Positions 13,201 through 26,799 of a DNA stretch of 64,000 nucleotides are shown here, one piece after another. Location of the stretch: positions 62,744,001 to 62,808,000 of the forward strand of contig OX597814.1 of assembly GCA_951406725.2 (NCBI GenBank), read 5' to 3'. Position numbers and translations under genes: made by a program. The notes under the pieces are model-generated. The model ran no database searches. It worked only from the letters and a program-made list of their open reading frames with translations, and had not been told where the DNA came from. The stretch comes from Octopus vulgaris. Its lineage: Eukaryota. Each line of letters opens with the position of its first letter. Position 1 is the first letter of the stretch.

Positions 13201-13359
13201 CATCTCCTCCTAGCCAACAAATCGTAGAACCACCAAAAATGGGTCACGAATGAAAATTGAACTACGCTATTTCTGTTCCGAAATTCATCTCGCAAGTGCA
13301 AAAATCGATAATGTGTTTGTTTAGGCCTTATCCCATGCATTGAATAGTGAACTTTACTT

Positions 13360-13530
13360 AGTCAGCTGAGATCCCAATTGGTTTTGTTGACAGCAGCATT
13401 ACGTGGAGCTAAGATGGCTCGCTTCCAGAGCCATTGACTGTTAAAGTTTTGTGCAATATTTGGGAGCACATGCATTACGAGATCATTGACAGTTGGTACC
13501 ATCTCACCACAGGCTTTCTGCCCCACCTGA
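13360..13530 (-). mobile_element. Helitron PIF1-like helicase fragment
   Basis: VPTVNDLVMHVLPNIAQNFNSQWLWKRAILAPRNAAVNKTN matches the RAILAP.N..V motif. Confidence 0.8.
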
Positions 13531-14303
13531 ATTTGGATGACTGTAACTTTCAGAAAAATGGATATTTGTTAATGAAATTTCCTACGAATATGTATTATAT
13601 CATGTAGGTTTCGAATATACAAAATTCTTGAGGAAAAATGTTTTATGAGGGGTTGGGGAGGGTTTTTTCAGAAAATTCACCAGAGTCCACTTCAATTCGT
13701 CTTAACTTTCAGGAAAATGAATATTTTTAAATGAAATTGTCTACATATATACCTCGGACAATGTAAATTCCAAACATATAGGATTTTGGGTGGAAACAAT
13801 TGGGAGTTATTTTTGCGAATTGTTCCCCACTGGGGTGTGTATCGGAATAAGTCGTCCATATTTGTTTCAGTTTTTCCGTTTTGTGCGTTTGTGCATCCGT
13901 ATGTAACCATTAATCTTAGTCGTAAAATTTCGGGGAAAAAAAGGAAAAGTCAAGGAGGAGTATATCAAAAGGTGTAAGAGTAGATTTTTTTGCATATTCA
14001 GAATCTCTGTTGGAGACAAGGTTGGAATCCGTAGAAAAAAGCAGCACAAAGGGGTGGCATGCTTATTCTCAGTGTCCTCACACACACACACAATGAAAAG
14101 TGTTCAAACGGGGAATATATCACATAGAGGCATACACACACATATAAGCATATAGATGCACAAATATATACATATACATACACACTATATACACATTCAT
14201 ATACATGTACAAATTACATACATATGTAAATAAACACGATCGCGTGTGTATCGTTGGCGATTTTTTTCCTCCGTCTTCCCTTCCGTGGATCTTTCCTTTT
14301 CCT

Positions 14304-14340
14304 ATGTTTCTGACGAAGAGCTCCGCTCGAAACGTTACAT
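14304..14340 (+). ncRNA. minimal type I hammerhead ribozyme motif (PLE-type)
   Basis: ATGTTT-CTGACGA-A-GAGC-TCC-GCTC-GAAA-CG-TT-ACAT. Confidence 0.7.
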
Positions 14341-15229
14341 CCTCCTTCTTTCTTTCCTTTCCTGAGCGTCCAATAACACTATACTTTTTCCATGTACATA
14401 CTCATACATACATATATATGTACAGACACACACACACATATATACATACATATCATACGTATACACATAAAAGCATATATATACAAACGTAGATACACAT
14501 AGAGGTATACATAAATATGCAGATATAGATACAAACACGCACAACCGCGCTATAACATATATGTGTATATATACCAGTATTGAAAATATATACTTAATTG
14601 CAAGAGGGAATAACTAATAACATATGCAAGTATTTGGTGATGTAGATATGTTGGGAGGTGGGGGGAGAAAAAAGGAGTACATATACATAGGCATATAAGG
14701 GTATACATATAAGCAGAAAATTATATTTAAACTCAAATACAAATACATTGTTATACAAAATATCTACATGCAGAAGATGGTGCATACAATACCCATATAC
14801 AACTGCATATAGATATATGTATATATACACACATAATGATTGTATATACTCACATGTATGCATGTACAGACGCACATGCATATGTAAGAACATAGACAGC
14901 ACACATACACGCATACGCATATGTGCAAAAACATAAGAGTAATTAAGAAAATAGACAAGCGTATGAAGAAAAAGTATAGAGAGACATAGTGTGCTTAATG
15001 ACCCTATTTATATAGAAGATCCTACAGTTATCATAAAGTAAATATTAAAATAAAGTATATAAAGGGAATTTATGTTATAGTAATACAATGGGGATAGGAT
15101 AAGGTTCAATATTGAGTAATAAGGGAGATTATAATGTGATTTAAAAAAATTATCAAACTAAGAAATAAGGTAGTAAATAGTTATTTTAGATTAATGAATA
15201 GGAATTTTGTTATGTGTTTACTTGAAAAA

Positions 15230-16100
15230 CCTTTTAATCCCTCGTATTAACTAGGTTTCCATTCATTCTCATTATATTATAGTTTTCTTCTAGACACAAT
15301 CTGCAAATTTTGTTGTTATTTCTGTAAGAAGGAGCCAAAGATAGAATTTTCCAGGAAATTGAGAAATTAATATTGTTTCTTATGAGGTGCCAAAATGTTT
15401 TTTTATAGTCCTGTACTGTTCTCTTTTCTATGGTGGATTCATCGTTCGAAATTCGCGATTTAACCCAGTTTTGCGTGCAACCTGTATATATAAATCTCGA
15501 TGAGTCCTGCGTAATACTAGTTGCCTGGTATACGACGTCATTCTTTTTTACAATTTCTTTCTAATTTATAAGCATTAGGGTCTCTGAAATTGCAATTTGT
15601 ATTTGTAGGTGGTGTAGTAGTGTTATATGTATATTTTGTGGAATTATAAAAGTTGTGGATATTGTTAGTATTGATATTGTTAAATGTTGGATTATACGGT
15701 TTTTTATTAATATAATTGGCGGTTCTAGGTTCAGTTTTACTAAATTTGTTTTGATAGAATTGATCTAGTTTCTTATTGTTAAATGAAGATATTATCCTAA
15801 AAAGATTAAGAGAACCTGAAAATCCAAATATAATAATTTTATTATTAAATATTTTTGCATATTTAGTGTTTTTGAAGTTTTTATCAATAATCATTGTGAT
15901 GGATCTAATAATGTTCGATTTTAACAAAGGGAATTGTTATCCAAATAGTTTTCTCGTTTTCTGCTTTGGTAAAGAATTGGATTGTATAGAAAGAGTGATA
16001 TCTTTTCATGCATGGTATAGATTTCTTTTTTACTATGTTGTTCCTATCCTTATTAATTAGAGTATTATTGTAAAATGTCTTATTTTGATTATTCCTGTTT
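15230..16100 (-). mobile_element. Penelope-like element 3' part (linker plus GIY-YIG), pseudogene
   Basis: ORF 15538..15927 then VVYQATSI..IYTGCTQNWVKSR..ISWKILSLAPSY..ICRLCLEE. Confidence 0.8.
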
Positions 16101-16531
16101 TTTTCTGTTTGTTGCCTTAATGTTCTTATTTTTATCTTTAATTATACAGCTTTGGTGTAGGTTTCCAGTATTTATAGGTTTGTTTACATTAGTATGGTTA
16201 GGAAGTTGGTAATTATTAAGATTTTGTTGGTAATTATTAAGATCTTAATTATTAAGATGGTAATTATTGAGATTATTCTATTTCTAAGTTTTATTTCTAT
16301 TGTAGTGCTCGTAATACTTGGGTTTATTAAAATTATTATTATAATGATGATGGCCGTGTTTATTGTTGATGTTATGTTTATGAGTATTATCGGGAGTTTC
16401 CGTTATTTGTTTATTAGGATATATTATTTCAATATATGTATTAGGTTCACTAATTTTAACTTTATTATTTTTGTAAGTATGCTTAATATGATTTATATCC
16501 TGCCTTCTTAAGTGCTAGATTATAGTAGTCC

Positions 16532-16534
16532 TAT

Positions 16535-16597
<63 letters not shown>

Positions 16598-16771
16598 ACA
16601 TAGATATATACATATATATAAATGTATACATATACATACATATATACATATATGTAAGTATATATACATATCTATACATACATATATATACATATAAATA
16701 TACATACATATACATATATATATATATAGACACATATATATACATGTTTATGCATATATCTACAATATATA

Positions 16772-16806
<35 letters not shown>

Positions 16807-16830
16807 ATATATGTATCTACATGCATACAT

Positions 16831-16884
<54 letters not shown>

Positions 16885-16980
16885 GTGTGTATATATATAT
16901 GCGTATATATACATATACATGTATATATATACACACACATATATATATGTATATATACATATATATCCATATGTATATAT
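16532..16980. repeat. compound (TA)n/(TACA)n low-complexity tract
   Basis: Direct reading. Confidence 0.95.
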
Positions 16981-18239
16981 AAATTATGCAGAAAATGGGG
17001 AGATCTTGATCAACAACAATTGACTACCAATGATTATTATTTTTTAATACAAAACTTTATCCCATCTAACAGCCGTTTCTGTTTCCAATGCCCCACAGCG
17101 CTGCCAAAGAAAATTCTGAAAACAATATTCGTCATATTCTATAGCACTTCCGATCTGGAACATGGAGTTTCCTCAGAGTGAAGAAAAGTACATAATATAA
17201 AAGAAAAGAAAAGAAAAAGAGCATCGAGAGTAGAAATAAAGGTTGAATATATTTGAATCATACCATTTTGCAGTGTAACGCTTCAGTCCGTTGAATAAGT
17301 GACTAAACTAGGAAATTAATTGGTGGATTAATCTTTCTTTAGTGGTAACAGGATGTATAAATAATAGAAAGTAAAATAATTACTTTAGTATAACGGGATA
17401 CTCCAATAGGTCTAGAAAAAGAGGGAGAGATAGTGCCGTAACGTTTAGAAGTAATCAGAATAGTACTTGAGATTTCGTAAATAGTACTAATTAATATTTA
17501 TCCAAATAATATGCCCATAAATTAATTACATTTATTTACTTACTGATATATTATAAAGGCCAACCACCTATCGTCCGTAATGGGATTGACCACAGTCCAG
17601 CCATCAATATAATTGGTTAGTTAAATTTAAAAACAAAGAGTAAGCCATTAAGACCGTTATAGGGGTAGATGTAAATAAAGTAAATAAAAAGTAAAAGTAT
17701 TGAAAAGTAGCATTTGTTATAAGTGACCCAACGCCGCTTATGACATTATAAATAAAACAACCACACATGTAAACCAGCACCGTGCGAAAGAAGAAACTAC
17801 GGTTAAGGGGGGACTATCGTTAAGAGGAGGTAATAGCTAGGCTATTGACCCTCAGTTATATAATTATAATACTAAATCTTTCTTCTGAAATAGCCACCAC
17901 AGTACTTGACTCAAATCAAGAATTCACTGAGAATACAGTCGACAAATGAGCATTTAGAGGACCAATTGATACTAAGAACCACTATGTTAGAACCTGATAT
18001 CAAAACGCTTTCTCAAAAAAAGCAAACTCAAAGAAGTCATTAATTTGAATAAAGAGTAAATACATGCCTAAAGGAACTATTTCAAAATTTATTATTCTCG
18101 GTGTTTATAAGCTTGACTTTCTTTTAAAAGATTATTATTGATTTACTTATTTAAAAAAAGTTCCTACTTAAGTAAAATATTTGAAAATGTCATATTTCCC
18201 ATTTTTATTTACCTGTCTTTTTTTTATGACATTACTATT

Positions 18240-18360
18240 AAATCAGTTAGCGGCCTAAGCCTAGGGATACAATGGCAAAAAATATTTGCTCAATGCGGCC
18301 GCTATAAGGGGCGATGAATTGTAAGGTGGCCTTCATGAACAAAAACGTTTCCCACCCCTG
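18240..18360 (-). mobile_element. possible hAT/Charlie-like terminal fragment
   Basis: Ends ..GTTTCCCACCCCTG (rc CAGGGGTGGGAAAC), a Charlie-like terminus; no partner end found. Confidence 0.35.
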
Positions 18361-18609
18361 GTCTTTACCGAGACTATGGATTGGGAATTTATCTAGAGTG
18401 ATGGTCACACTCTAGATAATATTAGGAAACAACTAACCACCAGCTTTAGTCAATTAGGCCTTAAAATCGCTGTTGTTACCAATCTGTGTGCTGGAGTGGG
18501 GGTGAGAAGAAGTGCACGTGTTTTTATATATATATGTATGGGCGTGTGTATATATATTTTCATATATATCTTTTTATCGTATAAAATACAACAGTCACCT
18601 AAGGTCAAT

Positions 18610-19369
18610 TTAGATGCCCGATTGAGGTTTTGTGTTTCGTTTTTGTTATGTCATCTATGATGGGTTTATTGCTTTATCATTTTATTTAATGCATCTCATT
18701 TTGAGTGCACTGCATAGTATTTGATTCACTGTTTCTTTCCCGTGGTTTATTACAGATTTCACCTCTGTTTTCTGCTATGAGATTACTTTTATCAGTATGA
18801 ACTATATTTTAATCGTTTCCTCTGTTGCTGTTTTCCAATGCTCGTCTTTTCAAAGCTTCGACCTCTACTTCTGTGAACCAACGATGTTTTCTTAATGCTC
18901 TAGCTTGATCACATAGTCTCTGTGCCGTGAATTGAAACAATCTTCTTTCTCTCCATTGATCATACAAACGTTGTCAGTATCCCCTAATATGAACACCATT
19001 TTCGTCTACAGGGTTGCTCGGGTAGTAACACTCCATTACAACAGCATTGACTTGTTTGTTCCATCTACGCCGTGTGTGCTGGTCCCTTGCTGGATAAGGA
19101 CAGCTGGAGTCGGACCAATATCTCTGAGCCTGCCGGATGCAAAACTGTCACCATCAAGGGCTTCAGTTTCATTACCACCGTTATTCACCATATTTTTGTT
19201 TTTTCATTGACACTCATATGAAGTAGCAATAATCAGACGTTTCATTAATCAGAACATGGGGAAATTCCATCTGCTTCGTTCCATTATTATCATTACTGAT
19301 ATTATTTTGATTTTTTTTACTATTTGTCATTGTTAATATTTCCTCTGATCCGACATGAGTTTTGGCTAA
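18610..19369 (-). mobile_element. R4/Dong-clade LINE 5' fragment
   Basis: RRRWNKQVNAVVMECYY..RGY*QRLYDQWRER..TAQRLCDQARALRKHRWFTEVE, an R4-type N-terminal motif. Confidence 0.75.
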
Positions 19370-19380
19370 ATAATAATAAT

Positions 19381-19413
<33 letters not shown>

Positions 19414-19467
19414 AATAATAATAATAATGATAATAATAATAATAGTAATAATAATAATAATAATAAT

Positions 19468-20018
19468 GCCCTGATGTAGTACCAGGTAGTTGCTATCGTG
19501 GCTTCAGATCTTAACTGACTGGAGGTGTTATCATGTACATTGTTTTGTCTTGGTATAAAAGATTTGCTACAGCAAATATTCTGCTCAATACCACAGATTT
19601 GCTTGGCACTTGTTTGACTTTAACCAGTTGACCATGTCCCTTAGTGGCTGACGATATGTGCATCTCTGATCACGAGCAGAAGCAATGGGGGAGCATCATA
19701 GTGTGTTGAGAGGGATTCTTTGGAGTTTGAATAATTCACCTCTGGAAACATGGGTGTTACGTTCAACATCTTTAAACAACCCTTATTCAGGGACCTTTTG
19801 AGCGGGATGGGTTACTCGACCACAAGAAAATTCTAACTGGGCCCTACCTGCAAGGTTATGCGCTGTTTATCTTGATATGAGATCACCATGTCGCGCACAT
19901 ATGGTTGTGATTTATGTGCCTGGTGTACTCTTATCAGACGGGTACTCATGATGGGTATACTGGGCTACGTATATTTTACCCCATGTCACTTTGATGGCAT
20001 GCACTGCTTTCACACTCA

Positions 20019-20020
<2 letters not shown>
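19468..20020 (+). mobile_element. ~550-bp non-coding interspersed element flanked by (AAT)n
   Basis: Colinear homologue at 50848-51398; both copies are bounded by trinucleotide tracts. Confidence 0.85.
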
Positions 20021-20052
<32 letters not shown>

Positions 20053-20148
20053 TAATAATGATAATAATAAATATATATATATATATAATAACACCAAGCG
20101 ACCTAGGGGTATTATTAAATTAATATCTAATTTTTTCACCCTCATTTT

Positions 20149-20338
<190 letters not shown>

Positions 20339-20986
20339 CAAAACAAAAGAATTTGACAAGACTATTCAGATAATTTCCTTATTTAGAGGTATATAAATAT
20401 AGAACATTTAATAATAATAATTCAATGCTGATGATGATAACAACATGAATACATGTATGAGAATTTGCATGTATGCGTATATGTGTGTGTGTGTGTGTGT
20501 GTGTATGTGTGTATGTGTGTGTGTGTATGTGTGAGTGTGTGTGTGAGTGTGTGTGTATGTTTGTGTGTGTGTGTTTGTGTGTGTGTATGTGTATATATAT
20601 ATGTGTGTGAGCGTGTGTATATATGTTTGTAGGTATGTATGTGTGCATGTATGTATGTATATATGTATATATGTATGTATGCATGTAATGAAAAATAAAA
20701 TGAGAAGATAAACTTTCAGTTAGGAGCATAAGATTTAATGTAACACTTTCAAGATTGTCTCACTCTGAGAGAATGTTAGAGTTCTTGCTAAGAAAACACA
20801 TTAACCTCAATATAGAAATATTTCTTTCTTCTCTGGTCTCACAGCACTGAGACAAGCATAGGCACGCAAACACACACAAACACTCACACAAGCACTCTCG
20901 CATCAATCTATCCATATATATATACAACCTTATTATAAACACGCATAATTCTAAAGATGTAGATAGATATGTGTATATATCTTGCA

Positions 20987-21027
<41 letters not shown>

Positions 21028-21046
21028 GTCTGTCTGTCTGTCTGTC

Positions 21047-21122
<76 letters not shown>

Positions 21123-21212
21123 CACATATATACATATACATATAAATATATGCATGTATATATACATATATATATACATATATACTCATATATACATATA
21201 CATATACATATA

Positions 21213-21256
<44 letters not shown>

Positions 21257-21959
21257 CACTCATGCATCAATATGTATGTTGTGTGCCCGCGTGTATGTAT
21301 GCGTGAACTCGTATACGCACACATATAAATGGCGCATAAATAAGTAATAAAATGGCAAGAATTATATCTATGTACACACACACTGACACATACACACTGA
21401 CACACACGCACAAACAAATAAACATACACTAACACATACAACCACGTGCGTTACATATATGCGTACGCATATCTACACATATCCACAAATATGTTTAGAC
21501 AGACAAGCGCACGCAAAGGTACAAATAAATGCCAATGTCGGAAAGCGGAAGGAAATCATTTCCTTTGCTATATATTATGCCTGTCCATGCATAAATATGT
21601 GACATGTATTTACCTAATTTTCTATACGTTTTTTTCCTACCATTTAGCTGTCTGTCTGTCTGTTTGTCTGTCCGTCTGTCTGTATATCTATATGTACATG
21701 TATACACATACTGATACAAACACTCCAATTCGAGCCGAGAGATGCATTTCCCTCGAATGTCTATCATTATGGGAGTGTGCGTGTATGTATGTATGTATGT
21801 ATGCATGTATGTATGTATGTATGTATGTATGTATGTATATATATATATGTGTGTGTGTGTGTGTATGTGTGTGAGAGCGTACGTGTTTGTGTATGTGTGT
21901 GTGTGTGAATATATTCATACACACCTTTGTATATATGATATGTATATCAATGCATATTT

Positions 21960-22385
21960 AACACTCGTTTTTTTCGATTTTTGCCTTCAAAACATCTTCA
22001 TCCAATTTTCAAGGTCTTCCACTGCGACTTTCATCTTCCACGCTTAACTCTTCAGCATTAAATTTTGCAAACCACTTTTTGTAAAACATTTGATTCACCT
22101 ACAGCATCATCACCATAAACTTCACAAATGGTTTTGAAAATCTTTGCAGCATTTTCTCTTTTTTAAAAAGCGAAAAGCATTAAAAAGCGAATATGAAATT
22201 TATGGTTATCAATTTCAAAAGTCAATAAAGGATGAGAGATAAATCTATTTTTAGTTAGGTACAAAGAAGAGATGCACAGCCACTTCAAGCAACGCCAAAG
22301 TTTTAACTGTGTTATGTTTCAGGTGTGTTCGATGAAGCGTTAAAAGAAGTAGCTTAAAAACGCTCAGAACTTTCTGGATAATATA
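21960..22385 (-). mobile_element. mariner 5' fragment
   Basis: KKWFAKFNAEELSVEDESRSGRP*KLDEDVLKAKIE; TIR-like AACTTTCTGGATAATATA. Confidence 0.8.
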
Positions 22386-23069
22386 TATATATATATTTCG
22401 GTGCCAATGGTGTTTATATGGTGACGTGTTTACAATCCTGTAAATAATAATAATGACATTTTTATATAAGCTTAAAGCTTATGGCGATCACTGTGTGATG
22501 ACTAAGGAAAATAGTCTAATAAAGGGGCATATAAGCCCTCGACAGAAAAAAGAAGGCTTTCTTATCCGTGTGCGAGTCGATCCCACATCCATATATATAT
22601 ATAAATGTGTGTGTGCGTGTGCGTGTGTGCTTGGAAAGCAGCATGGCCGAATGATTCAAAAGTTTGTAAGTGAAACTGGGGAAACAGAATCTATATTGAA
22701 GTTTTTTTACATAGACTGTGCCTAGAATGCAAGTGCTCAGTTTCTAACCTCTGTGACATGCTGACTCTGTTTGTGAATTAAGTTAAGAGTATACCACTTA
22801 CCTCAGGAATACTCAAGCACTTGCGCGCTAATTCAATACAGCTGATTATTCATCGTCAAAACCGACGATGATTCATCTACTTTTATATCGCTGCTTACAC
22901 CAGAAGTTACTTACAGGACCACAGACTAACTTTTTCCACTTTCCCTGAGCAAGAAATTCTCTTCTTCTTTATGATCTTTTCTCCCACCCCAACATCATTT
23001 CTCCTCTAATTTTATTTCCTTCTGATACAATTCTCCGACACATTTACAATCTTTAATTGCTGTTGCATT

Positions 23070-23412
23070 TTTCTTTTGTTTCAGTAATTAGACTGCATCT
23101 TTAGTTGCACAAATCGACCCCAGTATTTATTTTTTTAAAGTCTGGTACTTAATCTATCTTTACTGAACTGCTATGTTACAGGGATGCAAGCAAATCATTA
23201 TCGGTTGTCAAGCGGTGTGGCAAGATAAACACAAACACAAATACTCACACACACACACATACACACGATTGGCTTCTTTCATTTTCTGTCTACCAAATCA
23301 ACCCAAGGCTTCTTGGTCTTTAGCAGAAGATTCTTTTCCAGGGTGTCACGCAGTCAGACTGAACCCAAAACCATGTGGTTGTAGACAAAGCTTTTTATCA
23401 CATAGCCAGGCC
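23070..23412 (-). mobile_element. diverged SINE family 1
   Basis: aaatcgaccccag..atcggttgtcaagcg..gactgaacccaaaaccatgtggtt. Confidence 0.8.
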
Positions 23413-24156
23413 TATGTAATGGGTAAGATGTGGCATAGTGGAGACGTTGTAAGTTAGAGAAGGTGATAAGTTGAGAAGTTATGAAAGGCTGCGTGTTTTA
23501 TAGTCAATTACGTACTTGTGGATGCATTGAAATGAAAGGACGTCGAAAAGTTTATACTCATTATAGATTTTATTCAATAACTACGAAGATTTCAGTTGCA
23601 TATTCACATTAACTGTTTCCTGTTTCATCCTCAAATTGACTCTGAAGATTGGAGACTTGAAGATTGGATTAAAGAAATTTGAAGTCCTAAATGGTGTATG
23701 CGTGCGTGTGTGTGCGCGCGCATTTCATCTGTGTAACAACAGAGTGAATTCGCATTTCATTAAACAGAAGAATCTATAGATACATAGATACAGACAGACA
23801 GTCAGACAGACACACACACACACAACACACACGTATATATCTATGAATTTCATTGTATACTAATAAACCTACCATTATTTTGAGTTAGAGTAGACCTGAG
23901 ATCAATACCGGCTTAAAACCTTGGAACTCCTGAAACTAGGCTCCACTACGAGGCGGAGATGAGAACTGGCACAGCACATGCCATACCCACTATAATAATA
24001 CTCATTGTGTAGGTGGTTCAGCAAACTAAGATACCAGCACCAATACCATTACACTTTCACCATAACTCCAGCAAGCGACAGAGAAAGAAGCTATGGGGAA
24101 TCCCTAAACAGGAAGCCATAGGGTGATGACGGTCGAAGCAGCGAGAGTCCTCATAC

Positions 24157-24187
<31 letters not shown>

Positions 24188-24239
24188 TGTATGTATGTAT
24201 GTATGTATGTATGTATGTATGCATGTCTCTTTTATTTTT

Positions 24240-24510
24240 TTTTAGTGATTATAAATCTTCCACTGTGGAGGGAGCCGGTTTCCATACAAGGCTCTTTAAC
24301 TACATCTTTGGGATGTAGTTAACACAGACAAATTCACATTTATAACTTGAGAAAAGTCTAGCATTATTTTACTGTTCCGCTCACAGATTGGACTTGTACG
24401 AATCAGCCGGTCAATTTCTCTTTCTCAAAATCCCAGTTTATTCAGATTCTCCTTTAAGCATTTACTAACAAAACCTAGTGCTCCAATTATTATTAGTATG
24501 GATATATGTA
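24240..24510 (-). mobile_element. RLE LINE 3' fragment embedded in (TATG)n
   Basis: IIIGALGFVSKCLKENLNKLGF; 3' UTR homologous to 46210-46292. Confidence 0.8.
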
Positions 24511-25011
24511 TGTATGCATATATATAGGCTTGCATGTTTGTGTGGGAGAGAGGGGTGACAGAGAGGGGAACAAGGAGGGATATAGAGAAGGGGAGAGAGA
24601 GTCTTATTAACAGTGCATGCGTTCGGTATCATTTTATTTTTCTGTCACTCTTGTATTCATCTTTTGACATGTAGCTTAGCACTGTCTCTACTATGACAGT
24701 GTAGTGAACGATATTCCTCTCCTCTTGCTTGTTATTTCTATAATCTTAACAGAACACCAGCCCAAGCCAACGAGATCTTATGTAAATACAAACATGAACA
24801 CTCACATACTCATGCATACGCGCATGCACACACATGCACGCGCGCACTTGTATACATTTTATGCATGATAACTTTTACAAGCATGCGTATCAGCCTCTTG
24901 TGAATGTATGCACATATGAGCGGGAAAATAGGAGTCTGTATGGCTAGCATATGAGTAAACTGGAGAATTTGTGTGAGAAGTGTGTACATGTGTGTGTATG
25001 TTTGTGTGTGC

Positions 25012-25013
<2 letters not shown>

Positions 25014-25073
<60 letters not shown>

Positions 25074-25432
25074 AAGGGACAGATATAGACAAATAAACAG
25101 ATACAGAGAGAGAGAGATTGAGAGTGAAAGAGAGAATGAAAGGAAGAGAGAGAGAGAATGAAATATAAAGTGTAAGGAGAGATATTTTCATTAAAGAGAA
25201 CATGTAATGTGTGTGTGCGTATTTATGTGTATGTTTGTGTGTGTGTGTGTGAGCGTGTGTGTGTGTACGCTCACACACAAATACTGTATAATTAAGGTAA
25301 ATTGTATAATTGTATAATTGACGTAAAGCGGAGAATTGTGATGGAAAAACAGATGTAAGAGAGAGGCAGAAATGTAATGAAAGACGAATCTGAAAACAGA
25401 GAGTAAGAGAGAATGAAATAGAGAAGTAGGGC

Positions 25433-25498
<66 letters not shown>

Positions 25499-25530
25499 GT
25501 GAGTGAAACAGAGAGAAAGAGAGACAGAGA
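25014..25530. repeat. (GA)n and (TG)n tracts
   Basis: Direct reading. Confidence 0.9.
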
Positions 25531-25874
25531 GAAAAGGACCAAGAAATGAGGGTTTCAAAAGCGGGTGCATGTATGTGCATATATGTCATGTAAAAAAATA
25601 TGCGTGAGAATTTGTTTACTTGTTTATTTGTGCGTGTGTGTGTGATGTGTATGGTGTACGTTTGTATATATATGTGGTGTGTAGATGTGTGTAAGTCTGT
25701 CTGGGTGCGTGGTGTGTGTGTGTGTCTGTAATGAAGGCACCATATAAAACTCTAACGTTTACAAAGACAGTGACTAATGTGCAAAATGTTAAGGCTGAAA
25801 AAATTACAAGGATCCATCTTCAGTGTAAGAACTTACAAGTTGTAGTCGTGTTATAGTAGAACAGGTAGAATGAT

Positions 25875-26740
25875 ATGGTGGTGGTGGTGGTGGTAGTTTG
25901 CTTGCGCTGATGCACTTGGGGTGATGTTACTGAGACGATGGTGGTGGTGGTTGCAATGGTGGCGGTAGTTGGTGGTGATGATGGTGATGGTAGTGGTATG
26001 ATAGTGGTGGCGAGGTGATGGTAGTGAGATGGTGTCGGTGATGGTGGTGATGGTAGCGGTGTATGTAGTGATGGTGGTGGTGGTATGATGGTAGTAGTGG
26101 TAATAATAATGGTGGTCGGTGGAGGTGTTGGTGTAATGGTTGCAATGGCTATGTTGTTGTTGTTGTGGTAGTGATGCTGGTAGGATTATCGATGTGGTAA
26201 CGTTGCAAGTGATGCCATGTTGTTATCGATGTTAGTATTGGTGGTGTCCTTGTGGTGTTGATGCTTTTCTGACAGTAATAATTGTATCATTACTGTTGGG
26301 TGGTAGTGCTGGTGTAATTGAGACGGTGGTGATGATACTTGTACTGTCGATGCTGTTGTTATCACGGTGCTAGTGTCATCAATTTCCACGGAATCAAAAT
26401 CTTCCAATGTTAAGCATAATGGTATGTTGTAATTTTAGTATTTTCCCCTCAGTTGGTTTTGAGCATGTATGCGGTCTATTGTGTTGTAGTGTTTCCTGGT
26501 GCCTGCTTGTTCGGCTGCAGTGTTCTCATTCAGATTTCTTTCAATTCTTTTTAATATGATTTTTGAGATCTTGTAGATGTGTGAAAAACTGATTGGTCTG
26601 TAGTAGAGTTAACGGTGGTAGTGGTAGCAGTGGTGTACTTGGGGTGATGCTATGGAGGTGGTGGTGGTGGTGGTGGTGGTAGTGGTAGTGGTGTACTTGC
26701 AGTGGTATAATGGTGGAAGTAATAGTGGTGGTGGTGGTGG
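25875..26740. repeat. degenerate (GGT)n-rich low-complexity region
   Basis: Direct reading. Confidence 0.85.
26385..26605 (-). mobile_element. RTE-type LINE RT fragment
   Basis: YRPIS..HIYK..IILKRIERNLNENTAAEQAG..TIDRI..FDSVE. Confidence 0.8.
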
Positions 26741-26799
26741 ATCAATTCAGAACTTTTCCACATATCCTGTATCTTATGTTCACGTAGGAATTTTGTATG

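Noticed and set aside
18391-18417. ATCTAGAGTG..CACTCTAGAT hairpin
   Set aside because: 10-bp arms with no supporting context
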